Assembly (NCBI GenBank): GCA_951406725.2
Contig: OX597819.1
Span: forward strand, 99,076,001 to 99,140,000
DNA from: Octopus vulgaris
Taxonomy: Eukaryota
Reading direction: 5' to 3'
DNA length: 64,000 bases
Shown here: in pieces, positions 50,975-63,248 of the stretch
How the letters are laid out: every line of letters starts with the position of its first letter
How positions within the stretch are numbered: position 1 is the first letter of the stretch
Made by a program: the position numbers and the translations under genes
Notes under the pieces: model-generated
Seen by the model: the letters and a program-made list of their open reading frames with translations, nothing else
What the model was told of the DNA's origin: nothing
Database searches by the model: none

Positions 50975-53788
50975 TATTATACCTTGGTTGTACCTAAGCA
51001 TGGAGTCAATTGTAAGTCTGCAGAAAAGAGAAAATTTGAATCAAAAACAATATTTTAGTTGAAAGCCATAATGGCACCTTCAAATGGTCATGGGTCTGTG
51101 ACAGACAAGAAGTTAGGAATATTATATAAACTGGATTTATGAACTAAAGCAAAGATAAATGCAATCTATTTTAAAATCTTTGAATATATTTTCTAATCTC
51201 TGAAAATCCTGCTGTAATCTTGATTTTATGTTTAAGGAAATCTTCTGATAAATTTTCCAGTCGGTTTATTTTTGCAACTAATCTCAGGAATTATCAGCTA
51301 TTGGAATAAGTGAATGGAAAGCTGAAAAGTATTCCCTGAAAGGAAATATCACTTTTGACCTTCTAAGGCTGACGAATAGCAAAAGGAAATCCAAAATAAT
51401 ATGATTATTTATTAATGAGAAATCTTTTGTGAAAGATTACTTTAAATTAATAATTAAAAATTTTTTAAAGATTTTAATCTCTTACTTTAGAAAAATAAAA
51501 GATATAAAAATGAATTTAAAAAATGTGTTTTGAAAAATTCCAGTAAAAGAATTTCTAATTTTTTCCCTCATTAATTTAAGCCAGGAATCCACTTTTGAAT
51601 CTCAACTGAAGCAAATTTTTTTATGTCACTGGGACTGGCATGATTCTCGTTCACCTCTTCCCTTAACTTTGCATCATCATCATCATCATCATTGCCATCA
51701 TTATCATTGTTGTTATCACCATTGTTGTTATCCTCTTCATCATTATCATTTAATATCTATATTCCATGCTGGCATGGGTTTGATGGCTTGACAGGATGTG
51801 ATGGGTCTTAGGACTGCATTGTGTTCCTGTCTATGTTTTAGCATGGTTTTTTTTGAAAGCTGCACCCCCTTCCTAATGCCTATGGTGGTGCATGGCTTAG
51901 TGGTTAGGGTGTTGGACTCATGATCATGAGATTGTGGTTTCAGTTCCTGGACCAGGTGACGCTTTGTGTTCTTCAGGAAAACACTTCATTTCACATTGCT
52001 CCAGTCTCCTCAGCTAGCAAAAATGAGTAATCCTGTGTTGGACCAGCATCCTGTCCCGGTGAAGAAAACATACACCATGGAAACTGGGAAACTGGCCCTT
52101 ATGAGTTCGCATGTCTCAAGAAAGCAACTTACTTCCTAATGCCAACCCCTTCACAGAAAGTACTGGGTACATTTTTTTTCATGCCACCAGCACTAGTAAA
52201 GCCATCATACAGTTTGCAAGACTATGAACTATGCAGTTTTGGGGGAACAATTTTATGCTAGGCGATGAAGGACAGAAGATGGATAAAAGCACAAGAAGAG
52301 GGGCCAAAGCAGATCAGGTTTGTTGCTGTAGTGGAGCTATTTGACTACTCACATCTTAGAACAGAGGGTTGGAGTAATTGAGTAGAGCCAATGATTCCTA
52401 AAAGTCCTATTCACTTTAAGTTAAATATTTCAAACTATTTTAGTTTAGGAACACTTGACATAAGACAATTTACAGATAATATGAAGCTTGAAATAGGTGT
52501 TAGGGTATTGGACTGATGATCATGAGATTGTGGTTTCAATTCCTGGACCGGGTGACGCTTTATGTTCTTGAGCAAAACACTTCATTTCACATTGCTCCAG
52601 TCTCCTCAGCTGGAACAATGTGAAATAAAGTGTCTTGCTCAAGAACACAATGTGTTGCTGGGAATTGAACTCATGACCTTGCGATTGTGAGATGAATACT
52701 TTGGCCTTCATGTTTCGTAATAATACTTAATAGATATCTTTTATCTTAAAGCGAATAGGACTTTTAGAAATCATTGGCTCTACTCAATTACTCCCAACCT
52801 CTCTTCTAATATGTGAATTGTCAAGTAGCTTTAAATGATTGGATTGTTTGTGAGATTTTCATTAGATCATACTGAGGTGGCTTCGATTCATCTCCTGATC
52901 ATTACTATTTCTTGTTAAAAAAACTAGCACTCCATCGGTTACGATGAGAAGGGTTCCAGTTGATCTGATCAACAAAACCCACTGCTCATGAAATTTACAT
53001 GCATGTGGCTGAGCACTCCACAGAGACATGTACCCTTAAATGTAGTTCTCAGGAAGATTCAGCCCAACACAGTGTGACAAGGCTAGCTCTTTGAAATACA
53101 GGTACAACTCATTTTTGCCAGCTGAGTGAACTGGAACAACATGAAATAAAGTGTCTTGCTCAAGGACACAATGCGTTACTGGGAATTGAACTCATGACCT
53201 TGTGATTGTGAGGCGAATACCTTGGCCTTCACGTTTCGTAATAATACTTAATAGATATCTTTTATCTTTTTTTTTTTTCTTTTACTTGATTTGGTTACTG
53301 GACTGCTACCAAGCTGGAGCAGTGCTTTGAAGGGTTTTAGTCAAATAAATCAACACTAGTACTTATTTTTTAAAGTCTGGTACTTATTCTATCTGTTTCT
53401 TTTGCTGAACAGCTAAGTTATGAGGATGTAAACAAGCCAACACTTCGTTGTCGAGTGATGGAAAGAGACAGACAGACAGATACACACACAATGGTCTTCT
53501 TTCAGTTTCTATCTACCAAATTCACTCACAAGGCTTTGGTTGGCCTGGGGCTATAATAGAAGACACTTGCCTAAGGTTCATGTGGTGTTATTTGACCTGA
53601 AACCATGTGCATGGAAGGAAACCTCTTGCCACAGAACTATGCCTTATATAATCTGTATTTGGGAGAAAACATAAAATAAATGATGAAGCACAGAAAATGG
53701 CAAAAATTAAGGGAGGTTTTATTAGACACCATGTGCAAGAGGAAACTGAAATATTTGGACACTTATTTAAAAATGGTTGACATGATAT

Positions 53789-54205
53789 AGGCGTAGGAGT
53801 GGCTGTGTGGTAAGTAGCTTGCTTACCAACCACATGGCTCCGGGTTCAGTCCCAGTGCGTGGCAACTTGGGTAAGTGTCTTCTACTATAGCCTCAGGCCG
53901 ACCAAAGCCTTGTGAGTGGATTTGGTAGATGGAAACTGAAAGAAGCTCGTCGTATATATGTATATATATATATGTATGTGTATATGTTTGAGTGTCTGTG
54001 TTTGTCACCCCAACATTGCTTGACAATCGATGCTGGTGTGTTTACGTCCCCGTAACTTAGTGGTTCGGCAAAAGAGACCGATAGAATAAGTACTAGGCTT
54101 ACAAAGAATAAGTCCTGGGGTCAATTTGCTCGACTAAAAGGCGGTGCTCCAGCATGGCCACAGTCAAATGACTGAAACAAGTAAATGAGTAAAAGAGTAA
54201 GAGTA
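53789..54205 (+). mobile_element. SINE family A, full length
   Basis: Matches the 32638 copy. Confidence 0.9.
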
Positions 54206-54844
54206 TGTAATGAGAAGAGGGAAAGAATATAACCAAGATTTACGCAAATGGATGATATGTAAAAATGGGAAAACTTAAAATACTTGTATAGTGATATATA
54301 AGGACTGCAGAAGAAGGACTGAGATGGTGATTCATTACATTAAACCTGCTTTGAGTGAACAACACCTAGTGGTGATAGCATCAATATCTTTTTTTAAGAA
54401 AAATATGAAGTCCACTTTCTCATTAATTCTTTGCTTCACATCTTTGGGACTTTGTGCTTGTGTAAGAAATCATCATTATTGTTTTGGATTGGTTTGTATG
54501 GCTGGATGCTCTTTCTAACACCAACCGCTCTACAAAGTGTAGCAGATGCCTTTTATATGTCACTGGTACAAGTGGCTTCTATGTGTCACTGGCATGAGTG
54601 CTTTTCACGTGTCACCAGCACTTTTGTGAATGAAATCTCATAGACAGAAGCTGGAAGCCTGACACAGGAATTACACCTATAATTCAAATGGATTATACCT
54701 GTAATACAAAGGTCTATTCCTATCACACACAGGGACACAGATTCTCTAAGGAAATTACACTTAGAAATTTAGAGAAAGTAATTGCAACTATTGAAACATA
54801 AGAAACCAAAAGTTTTATGTGTTTATATTTGGAAAAGTTAAATA

Positions 54845-55280
54845 GGCATAGGAGTGGCTGTATGGTAAGTAGCTTGCTTACGAACCACATGGTTCAAGGT
54901 TCAGTCCCACTGCGTGGCACCTTGGGCAAGTGTCCTCTACTATAGCATTAGGCTGACCAAAGCCTTGTGAGTGGATTTGGTAGCCGGAAACTGAAAGAAG
55001 CCTGTTGTATATATGTATGTATATATATGTATGTATACATATATATATATATATGTATATATGTGTGTGTATATGTTTGTGTGTTTGTGTTTGTCCCCCT
55101 CAACATCGCTGGTGTGTTTACGTCCCCGTAATTTAGCGGTTCGGCAAAAGAGACTGATAGAATAAGTACTAGGCTTACAAAGAATAAGTCCTGGGATTGA
55201 TTTACTTGACTAAAAGGCAGTGCTCCAGCATGGCCACAGTCAAATGACTGAAACAAGTAAAAGAATAAGAGAAAAGAGTA
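54845..55280 (+). mobile_element. SINE family A, full length
   Basis: Matches the 32638 copy. Confidence 0.9.
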
Positions 55281-55910
55281 AGGTTAAAGCTTAGAAGAGG
55301 AAGGACAGTATCTCTGACGTTTACAAGGTTTTCAAAACTGCTTTGAAAGTGAGAAGAAATTATGAGTTGGTCCAACTCACATACTTAAACACTGTGTTTG
55401 TTTAACAAACATTGACTCAAAAAGCTTGGGCTGCTCCGAGCCTGTGACAGAAAACACCTCAGTTGTTATTCAGTACACTAGAGCCTGGAATCACATGATC
55501 CAGAGCTAATTTTTTTCTTTTCTTTATAGTATTAAGTGGATGCAAAATAAATGTCTCAGGATAGTATGTTAGTCTATTTCAGGTAACTTCCCAGGAGGTG
55601 TGGTGCCTACAGCTGGCAGATAATTGAAGGGAAAGAAAGAACGTAGAAATAGAACCTTGAGCTCAGAAATACATCATACCTACCATAGATTCGAACCCTT
55701 GACCATTAAGGTCATCTCTAGATGTAAACATTTAGAATAATGTTAATGTTGTCACTGCTTAGTCCCAGGTTAACCCCGACTGAGCAGAAGGTATAAGATC
55801 AAAGCTAGTACCATCCTGCACATCTCTCGTGTATTGTATATTACGGTCTACATGATACAATACATACCCCACTTTAAGGATAGCAAAGCATCATTTGAAG
55901 TAAATTTGGC

Positions 55911-56326
55911 GAATCTTTTCAGTTTGAATGGCAGTTTTCAACATAATTTCTAGGTAACTAAAAAATTTTAAACTTCGTATACTGGTAGAATGTGTTTATA
56001 AAGCATCTTTTTCTCTTGGCTTTATTGAGAAAATTCTATAGTTTGTAAGATATTTGTTGTTTTTTTTTCTTCAATTTCTTCAATTTCAAACAATCACTGA
56101 CGTCTATTGAGGTAAAAAAACATTCTGTGCCGTATGAATATGTCCCTCGTTTAAGAAACAGATTGGGTTTATTTACAAGAAAAAAAATACCCTTTCCCCC
56201 CCTCCTAACCTTAACCCTAACCCTAAAACAGATTGAAATGCAATAGATCGATACTAGGGTCATAATTATTGGTGACAATTTCATATGACACCGCTAGAAA
56301 AACTGTCGTTCAAACCGAAAAGATCC
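55911..56326. mobile_element. MITE of the GGATC-terminus, 8-bp-TSD family
   Basis: ~28-bp TIRs GAATCTTTTCAGTTTGAATGGCAGTTTT / AAAACTGTCGTTCAAACCGAAAAGATCC; TSD AATTTGGC/AATTTGAC. Confidence 0.85.
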
Positions 56327-56834
56327 AATTTGACTAGTATTTCTAGCAGGTCGGATATCTACATAAAATTTTTTTCTGTCACTAATTCGTAGACTTTGTG
56401 GTTTGTTTGGAGGAGGTGGTGGTGGTGAAATCTACGCCTGGAAAATATATTGGAAAATATTTAAAAAAAACAATTATTTCAGTTACCTCCCTTTAATAGT
56501 ACATAATCCCACAAGTTATCTCCCTTACACTTAACACTATTCTTTAATAATAATCCTTTTTTTCTGTAGGTGCAAAGCCTGATATTTGTGAGGATGGGGC
56601 TTGTTGATTACATCTAGAGATGACCTTAATGGTCAAGGGTTCAACAGGTGAGGCCAAGAATTTTTAAGAATGGCTGAGTTTGTCAATACAAACGACACAG
56701 TATTTGACGGTGACATTATTTTATCGATATCGAAAGAGTGACCTAAGTGAGATATGACTTCCGAACGACAGAATCGATCTCTGCAGGATTCGAACTCTGT
56801 CTTGAGCTTTTTATGTATTACAATATGTGATGAT

Positions 56835-57155
56835 GCGTGGCGTAATGGTTAGGGGGCATTCGGCTTATGATCGTAAGGTCGTACTTTCGATTCCCGGCTG
56901 CGTGTTGTGTCCGTGAGCAAGGCGCTTTATTTCACGTTGCTTCAGTTCGCTCAGTTGGCAAAAATGAGTTGTTCCTGTAATTCAAAGGGCCGGCGGCCCT
57001 GTCACATTCTGTGTCACGCTGAATCTCCCCGAGAAAACCACGTTAAGGGCACGCGTGTCTGTGGAGTACTCAGCCACTTGAACGTTAATTTCACGAACAG
57101 GCTGTTCTGTTGGTTGGATCAACAGCAACACTCGTCATAACCATCGGAATGCCAG
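56835..57155 (+). mobile_element. SINE family C (CORE-like central region)
   Basis: tRNA-like head plus tgtgtccgtgagcaaggcgctttatttcac; related copies at 24885, 51885 and 52925-53225 (-). Confidence 0.75.
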
Positions 57156-57344
57156 AATATATTTCATTAACTGAAGCCTATCGGGCATTTCACATAATTG
57201 GCGCAGGCATGGCTGTGTGGCTTAGTTCGCTTTCCAACCGTAATGTTTCAGGTTCAGTCTTACTGCGCAGCGCTTTTTGTAACCCTTGGTTGGCCAATGC
57301 CTTGTGAGTGGATTTGGTAGACGGAAACTGTGCGGATGCCAGTC

Positions 57345-57388
<44 letters not shown>

Positions 57389-57542
57389 AGAATTCACGAA
57401 AAAAAAAAGACGAAGACAGGTGGTGTAGAAAACAAACAGATGTGTATGTATAACACTCAGGAATTTAAAAAGTCTTCTACGTTTCGAGCCTTCCACAGAA
57501 AGAAACAAGGAGAGAAAAAATGTGTAGTGGCTACCGTACATT

Positions 57543-57544
<2 letters not shown>

Positions 57545-57607
<63 letters not shown>

Positions 57608-57633
57608 CCACCACCACCACCACCACCACCACC

Positions 57634-57715
<82 letters not shown>

Positions 57716-57747
57716 TGACGATGATGATGATGATGATGATGATGATG
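57545..57747. repeat. Compound microsatellite (CA)n-(CAC)n-(GAT)n-(GAC)n
   Basis: Directly visible. Confidence 0.95.
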
Positions 57748-57897
57748 GACCGTTGAACTCTACACGTTTATTTTTTTCATTCTCTCTGTTTATTATTTTT
57801 TATTTCTTTCTATTGAAGAGCGTATGCTCGAAGCGAAAAAAACTTTTTCGTTTTTCCCGACCGTCAAACTAACACACTTGCTTCTTGTTCATACACC

Positions 57898-57953
<56 letters not shown>

Positions 57954-57956
<3 letters not shown>

Positions 57957-59294
57957 GCAATATCACCCGGCGTTGCCGGGTCATAGTGCTAGTTTTGTGC
58001 TAAATCCCTTTCTTTGTTTTCGGAAATTATGTTCGCCTTTCCATCGCATATGATTTTTAACGCGTTTGACTGAGCCGCTGTAGATTCTGAGCCCACCCAG
58101 AGGTGCAGCTGCATTGGGTAATTAATCATCGCAAATTTGGTGGCTTTGTTGAAGATGAAGGGGGAGCATGTTAGAAAATCGATAAAGACCACCATGAAAG
58201 CAAACCTTCACCAACAAAATGAAATGAATAATCAGGGCTGACAAAGTTTTCAAATTTCCTAGCGAGCGGAAAAAAAGGGACTGGAAATTAATTAGCATCT
58301 CAGTTTTCACTCGTATCTCAAAACACAAAAGCATGAAATCCCACTTAAGAAAATCTTTGTATCTTAGGTCATTCGTACCTGAAGTTAGGGCTAAAAGAAA
58401 AGGTGGCAGTCAATTTAAATGCGGAAACCCGCAAGGAATAGTTTTTATTGAGTTTCCACTAATTGATTGGCAATTTTGGTAAACTCAAATCAAATTAAGA
58501 TTTCTTGCACTAAAAGGATCACCCTGATAACCCTATGCCCCAGCTGTGAGGGTTACTAATGATACAATCTTAGGCTGAATGCAAACAAATAAACGTTTTT
58601 TATTAAAATTCCTTGGTGTGGGGTGGGTCAACTTGCCCATTTTTCATTTTTAATCCAACTTGAATAAAACATCCTGGGCTCTCGCTGGATAACTTTAATC
58701 AACCGAAAGCATAAAAGTAAAGCCCTTCCTAAACAGATTCCTTCAATAGGTTCCAACTCTTTGATGGCATACTTAAGGAATGATAGCATATCAGGCATAT
58801 TTGGTCTTTCGTGAAAATCCCGGCTCTCTTGTCATTCACTTGGTCTAACTCGTTAATTATTCCCTGCATTTCTCAAATTAAAAAAGCGTGCACCTTTGGA
58901 AGCCAAAACACATGATAACGCGTCTTCGCAAAGCACAAAAATGCGCTGAGTCATACAGACTGTCTACAAAAGCGCACGCGCATTCAACTGTGAAGGGTTA
59001 AATTATCTCAGTCCAGTCAAAAAACAGCTGGCAGTCTATTGGCGTATCTAGCTGTACGCACGCACCGTGTACAAATTTCTATGTTTTAGTGATTTTGAAT
59101 GGATATGCCCATAACTTATGGGCATAAGGGGTCGGTTTATCGATTTTTTAAATGGCTTTCTGGGGTGACTGGGGAAATGAAAAGATCTTCACGACCACTC
59201 TCAGACAGTTTTGAAAGGCCATATAAAATGCGAACTTTTTACGTGAAAAAATGTGGATTTGTATAAAGGACACAGACAGTTTGTCGTTTATAGA
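57954..59294 (-). mobile_element. Non-autonomous Helitron, ~1.3 kb
   Basis: Minus strand A|TCTATAAACG start; CCCGGC-AAC-GCCGGG hairpin and CTAG|T end resembling the 4053 element. Confidence 0.7.
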
Positions 59295-59624
59295 TATAGC
59301 GATTTCAACTATATAATTATATATATATATATAGAGAGAGGTGGGGAGGGAGAAAGCAAAGATATTTTGTTCCACACAAGGAGACATCTCTGGCGCTACC
59401 TGGATGGTAGCTTTCCACAATTGACGTCTCCTGTGACGGAGACCTAGAATGGAAGAATGGCAGAAGGAGTGCAGACAAGCACTCACTCTGTTCTCCCGGA
59501 CGAGCAATACCGACTGCGAGGCTACCACTGCGGATTTTTATAGAGGGTTGTTAGAGCATGAGTCCGACGACGTTCTAGGGGAGGCTCTAGGCTTCGATGA
59601 GGAACAACTAACATGCCTATTCGG

Positions 59625-61100
59625 AATGACATTTGGGCCATTTGGTGTATGAGGGAGTTTGATTCTACTGCCCTCGTCTGTGTCTCATGCCAGACCGTTG
59701 GTTCATCTAGTATTGTGGAGAGTGGGATGTCTAGTTCGTTTATGAAGACATCTACATCCACATTTCTTAATTTTTGTGGCAGGGCATTGAAGTGCTGTGG
59801 GCCTTTGAACCCTAGGCTATTACAGAACCTGTTTCTGAATTTAGACGGCGTAAATGACATCTTTGGTGCAACACAATGACGTACAGTTCTGGCATTTGTA
59901 TAACATTTAATGCCTAAATTTGGTACTAGTTCTTCTAGAGTTTTCCATATATAGATTGTTACATATCTGTCGTGCCTTCGCTCCTGGGAGTAAAGTCTTA
60001 GTTATTTCAGCGCCAGTGTTAGTTTTGCACTATGTGGTGACCAAAGCTGAGAGCAGTAGTCCAGGCGGCTGAGAACAAAGGTCCTCCACAGGGTCAACAT
60101 AACTTCTTGGTTTCTTGTCTTGAAGGACCTTAGTATCCATCCTGCCAGTTGTCTGCCCTTCGTTGCCATCTTGGTAATGTGCGTATAAAATGATGCATCA
60201 ATGCAAATACCTTTGACTTTTACAACCTGTGACTCTGGTTTTGCAGTGCCTTCAGGACCTGTATATACAGGCTGTTGTCATTCGTGAGTTGATAGTGCAG
60301 TGCTTGAAATTTTCCAACATTAAGCTGAATGTTGTTTACTTCAGCCCACTTGTATATTTCATGCAGGTCCTGTTGTAGGCTTGCGACGTCAGCTGAATTT
60401 TTTATTGCCTATGATTTTATATAATCGGTGTAGCTAGAGACAGTGGTTGTCCGAATGACCATGGGCATGTCTAAGGTTTTGTTTTTATGTTTTCTACAGC
60501 TCTATTCTTTCTCTCTGCTCTTTCCTTTTTATGAGAGATTTCTAGGAGTGTTCGTATTAAAATAGACTTCTTCCTATTCTTCAGTTGCCTATTCAAGCAT
60601 TTTATCTGCATCTCAGTATTTTCTGCCCTTGGGAATCATGTTTGTCGGTATACTGGTCTTTCTTTCTGGTGTGCATTTAGTGCATATAGCTTGCACTGCT
60701 GACGTAAACTGATCGAGTTTCAAGTCGTGTTTTGCGTACATAGAATGCTGGACCACTTTCGTTTGTGGATCTCTTTGTTTTATTGAAATTGAAGTTGGAT
60801 ATGGCTCTAGTCCTCCTGATGGGGTAGGTATCTGCAGTTCGCTTAGGACCATACATACTTAGTTCAACAATGTTGCGGTCTGCGAGTGCTGTTAGCGTCA
60901 CATTCACATTATGGATAATGTCCACATTATTTGTGGAGCAGGTCCAAGATGTTGTTTCCCCTGGTTGGTTTGAGTATCATTTGTTCCATGAACAACGTAT
61001 TAACAAGTTCAAGTAATGACTCTACATGCTTTTGTTCATGCAGTGACATCCCAAAGAGGATGTTGCCTTCAGGCCATTTAACATATGGGAGGTTGAGATT
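59625..61100 (-). mobile_element. Internally deleted CR1-group LINE
   Basis: Endonuclease end (LNLPYVKW...PTRGNNILDL), RT end (LQQDLHEIYKWAEVNNIQLN) and C-terminus (NSLGFKGPQHFNALP...SNSLIHQ). Confidence 0.8.
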
Positions 61101-62829
61101 AAGAAGTTAATTGTTTATTATTAACAGCAAATTGGTCATCTTCGCTTCTTACAGCCGTTTCAATTAGTACTCAATAATTTAATTACAAATTTGTACATTA
61201 AATTTACATTTATGTGACATGAGAATAATGTCACCAGACGGAAAAAGGTGCACCTTTGGATGTTATATATGGGCTTATCAATTCATTTTTGCTGAACGAC
61301 CAAGTTACAGTGACGTAAACACACAAACACCGGTTGTTAAGCGGTGGTGGGTGGTAAACACAGACACAGACTGACAAACAGACACATACACACACGTGTA
61401 TATACATACACACAGTGGTGTTCCAACATGACCGCAGCTGCATGGTTGAAACGAATAAAAGAACATGTACGATCTCAGCCATGTCAGGCGAAGTTCAAAT
61501 GGACAGGAGTTGATCTATTTAGGTAAAACTTTGCTGCAGTATATCTGTCCTTCAATCTACCACGATTATTATAAATACGGTGGTCAACAAACAGACGGTA
61601 GGAGAAAGGCCAAGCAGGCAAACGAGAAAGGTTTACGACGACAGGTTTTGAATGACCGTAGAGACTTGAGAGAAATGTTCGAAGTTCCACGGTTGACTAC
61701 TGATCTCAGATGAACTACGCACATACACACACATACAAACATATTCAGAGAATGGACCAAGTGCTGTGTCGCGGGCCAAAAAGCGGAAATCTACCGGCAC
61801 ATAAAATCACCAATCGGTTCCTTTTCGCAACATATAGCTCACATGACTGCATCACCCACATACAAATCCAAAGAAATCAACGAATATTTTTTTATACATA
61901 AAGAAAAAAAGGAAATCAAAAAAACATTGTTCCACATCAACGAAAATCTTTCTGTATGAACACTTACTGAACATTTCACAAGCGAACTTTCTCGATGAAC
62001 ATTTCTTTCTTTTTTCGTATGCACATGTTTTGCTTTCTTTTAAAACTGTTTTGCCTTCTTGTAAAATATATTTTGCTTACCTGTATGCTTACACACACTT
62101 ACAACAGTCACATTCTCATGTGTGCTACCATTTGATCTTTTGCGCCACTGAACGACACCTTGCCTCTATTAGACCTCTAGTGGGTCGAGTAATCAATAGA
62201 CGCACATCTCTTTCAACACGCCAACATGTTTCTGCCTGGGCACATATATATGTATTGCCCACCATATAGCACACACCAACAGTAAACCTTTGCTTCATAT
62301 TTTTATATCCCATGTTTTTGACATATATTCATTTGTCACTTACACTTTGTAAATTTTTTCTGCATACACACAAAAAATAACATTTCCAATATCGTTCGAC
62401 CTCTGTAGCTTTCTCAGTAGAAGGCGGGGAGGGTAGTGTAAAAATTAACACTTCCTTTTCCAAGCCTAGATTCGAAACCGAATCTAAGAATTCTCGGTCG
62501 TCCAAACCATGACGATCAGCAGGCGCGAAAAGAGGTTTTCTTTGTCCTGTCAAAAAGTGATTGGTCATCTCCCTTTGACCTATGACCTCAGCCATGTCAG
62601 GTGAAGTTCAAATGGACAGGAGCTGACCTATATAGGTACAAACTCTGCTGCAGTATGTCTGTCCTTCTAGCTGCCATGATTATTGTAAATACAATGGTCA
62701 ACAGAGGGACTGACAGGAAGAAAGGCCTAGCAAGCAAACGAGATACGACACGACAGGTTTTGGCAGACCGCAGAGACCGAGAGAAAGGTTCGAACTTCCA
62801 CGGTAGACTACTGATCTGAGATGAACTAT

Positions 62830-62909
<80 letters not shown>

Positions 62910-63153
62910 TCATTTCTGACATATCACTTCCACAGATGTACCCTGTTTCTGTTTCTAGCAACTCGTAGCAGTTGCCAACATTTTGCATGTAGTGAAGAAT
63001 TGTGTACCAATAACAAATTAAGTCCAGTGAATAAATTATTTTTAACTATGAATCGATTCACTCATTTGTTTACTTGAACGACATACACATTCCTTTTGCA
63101 TCTGTTCACCATGATGCACATTTAACCACTACATATGTATGTATGTATGTATG

Positions 63154-63187
<34 letters not shown>

Positions 63188-63209
63188 TGTATGTATGTAT
63201 GTATGTATG

Positions 63210-63243
<34 letters not shown>

Positions 63244-63248
63244 TGTCA

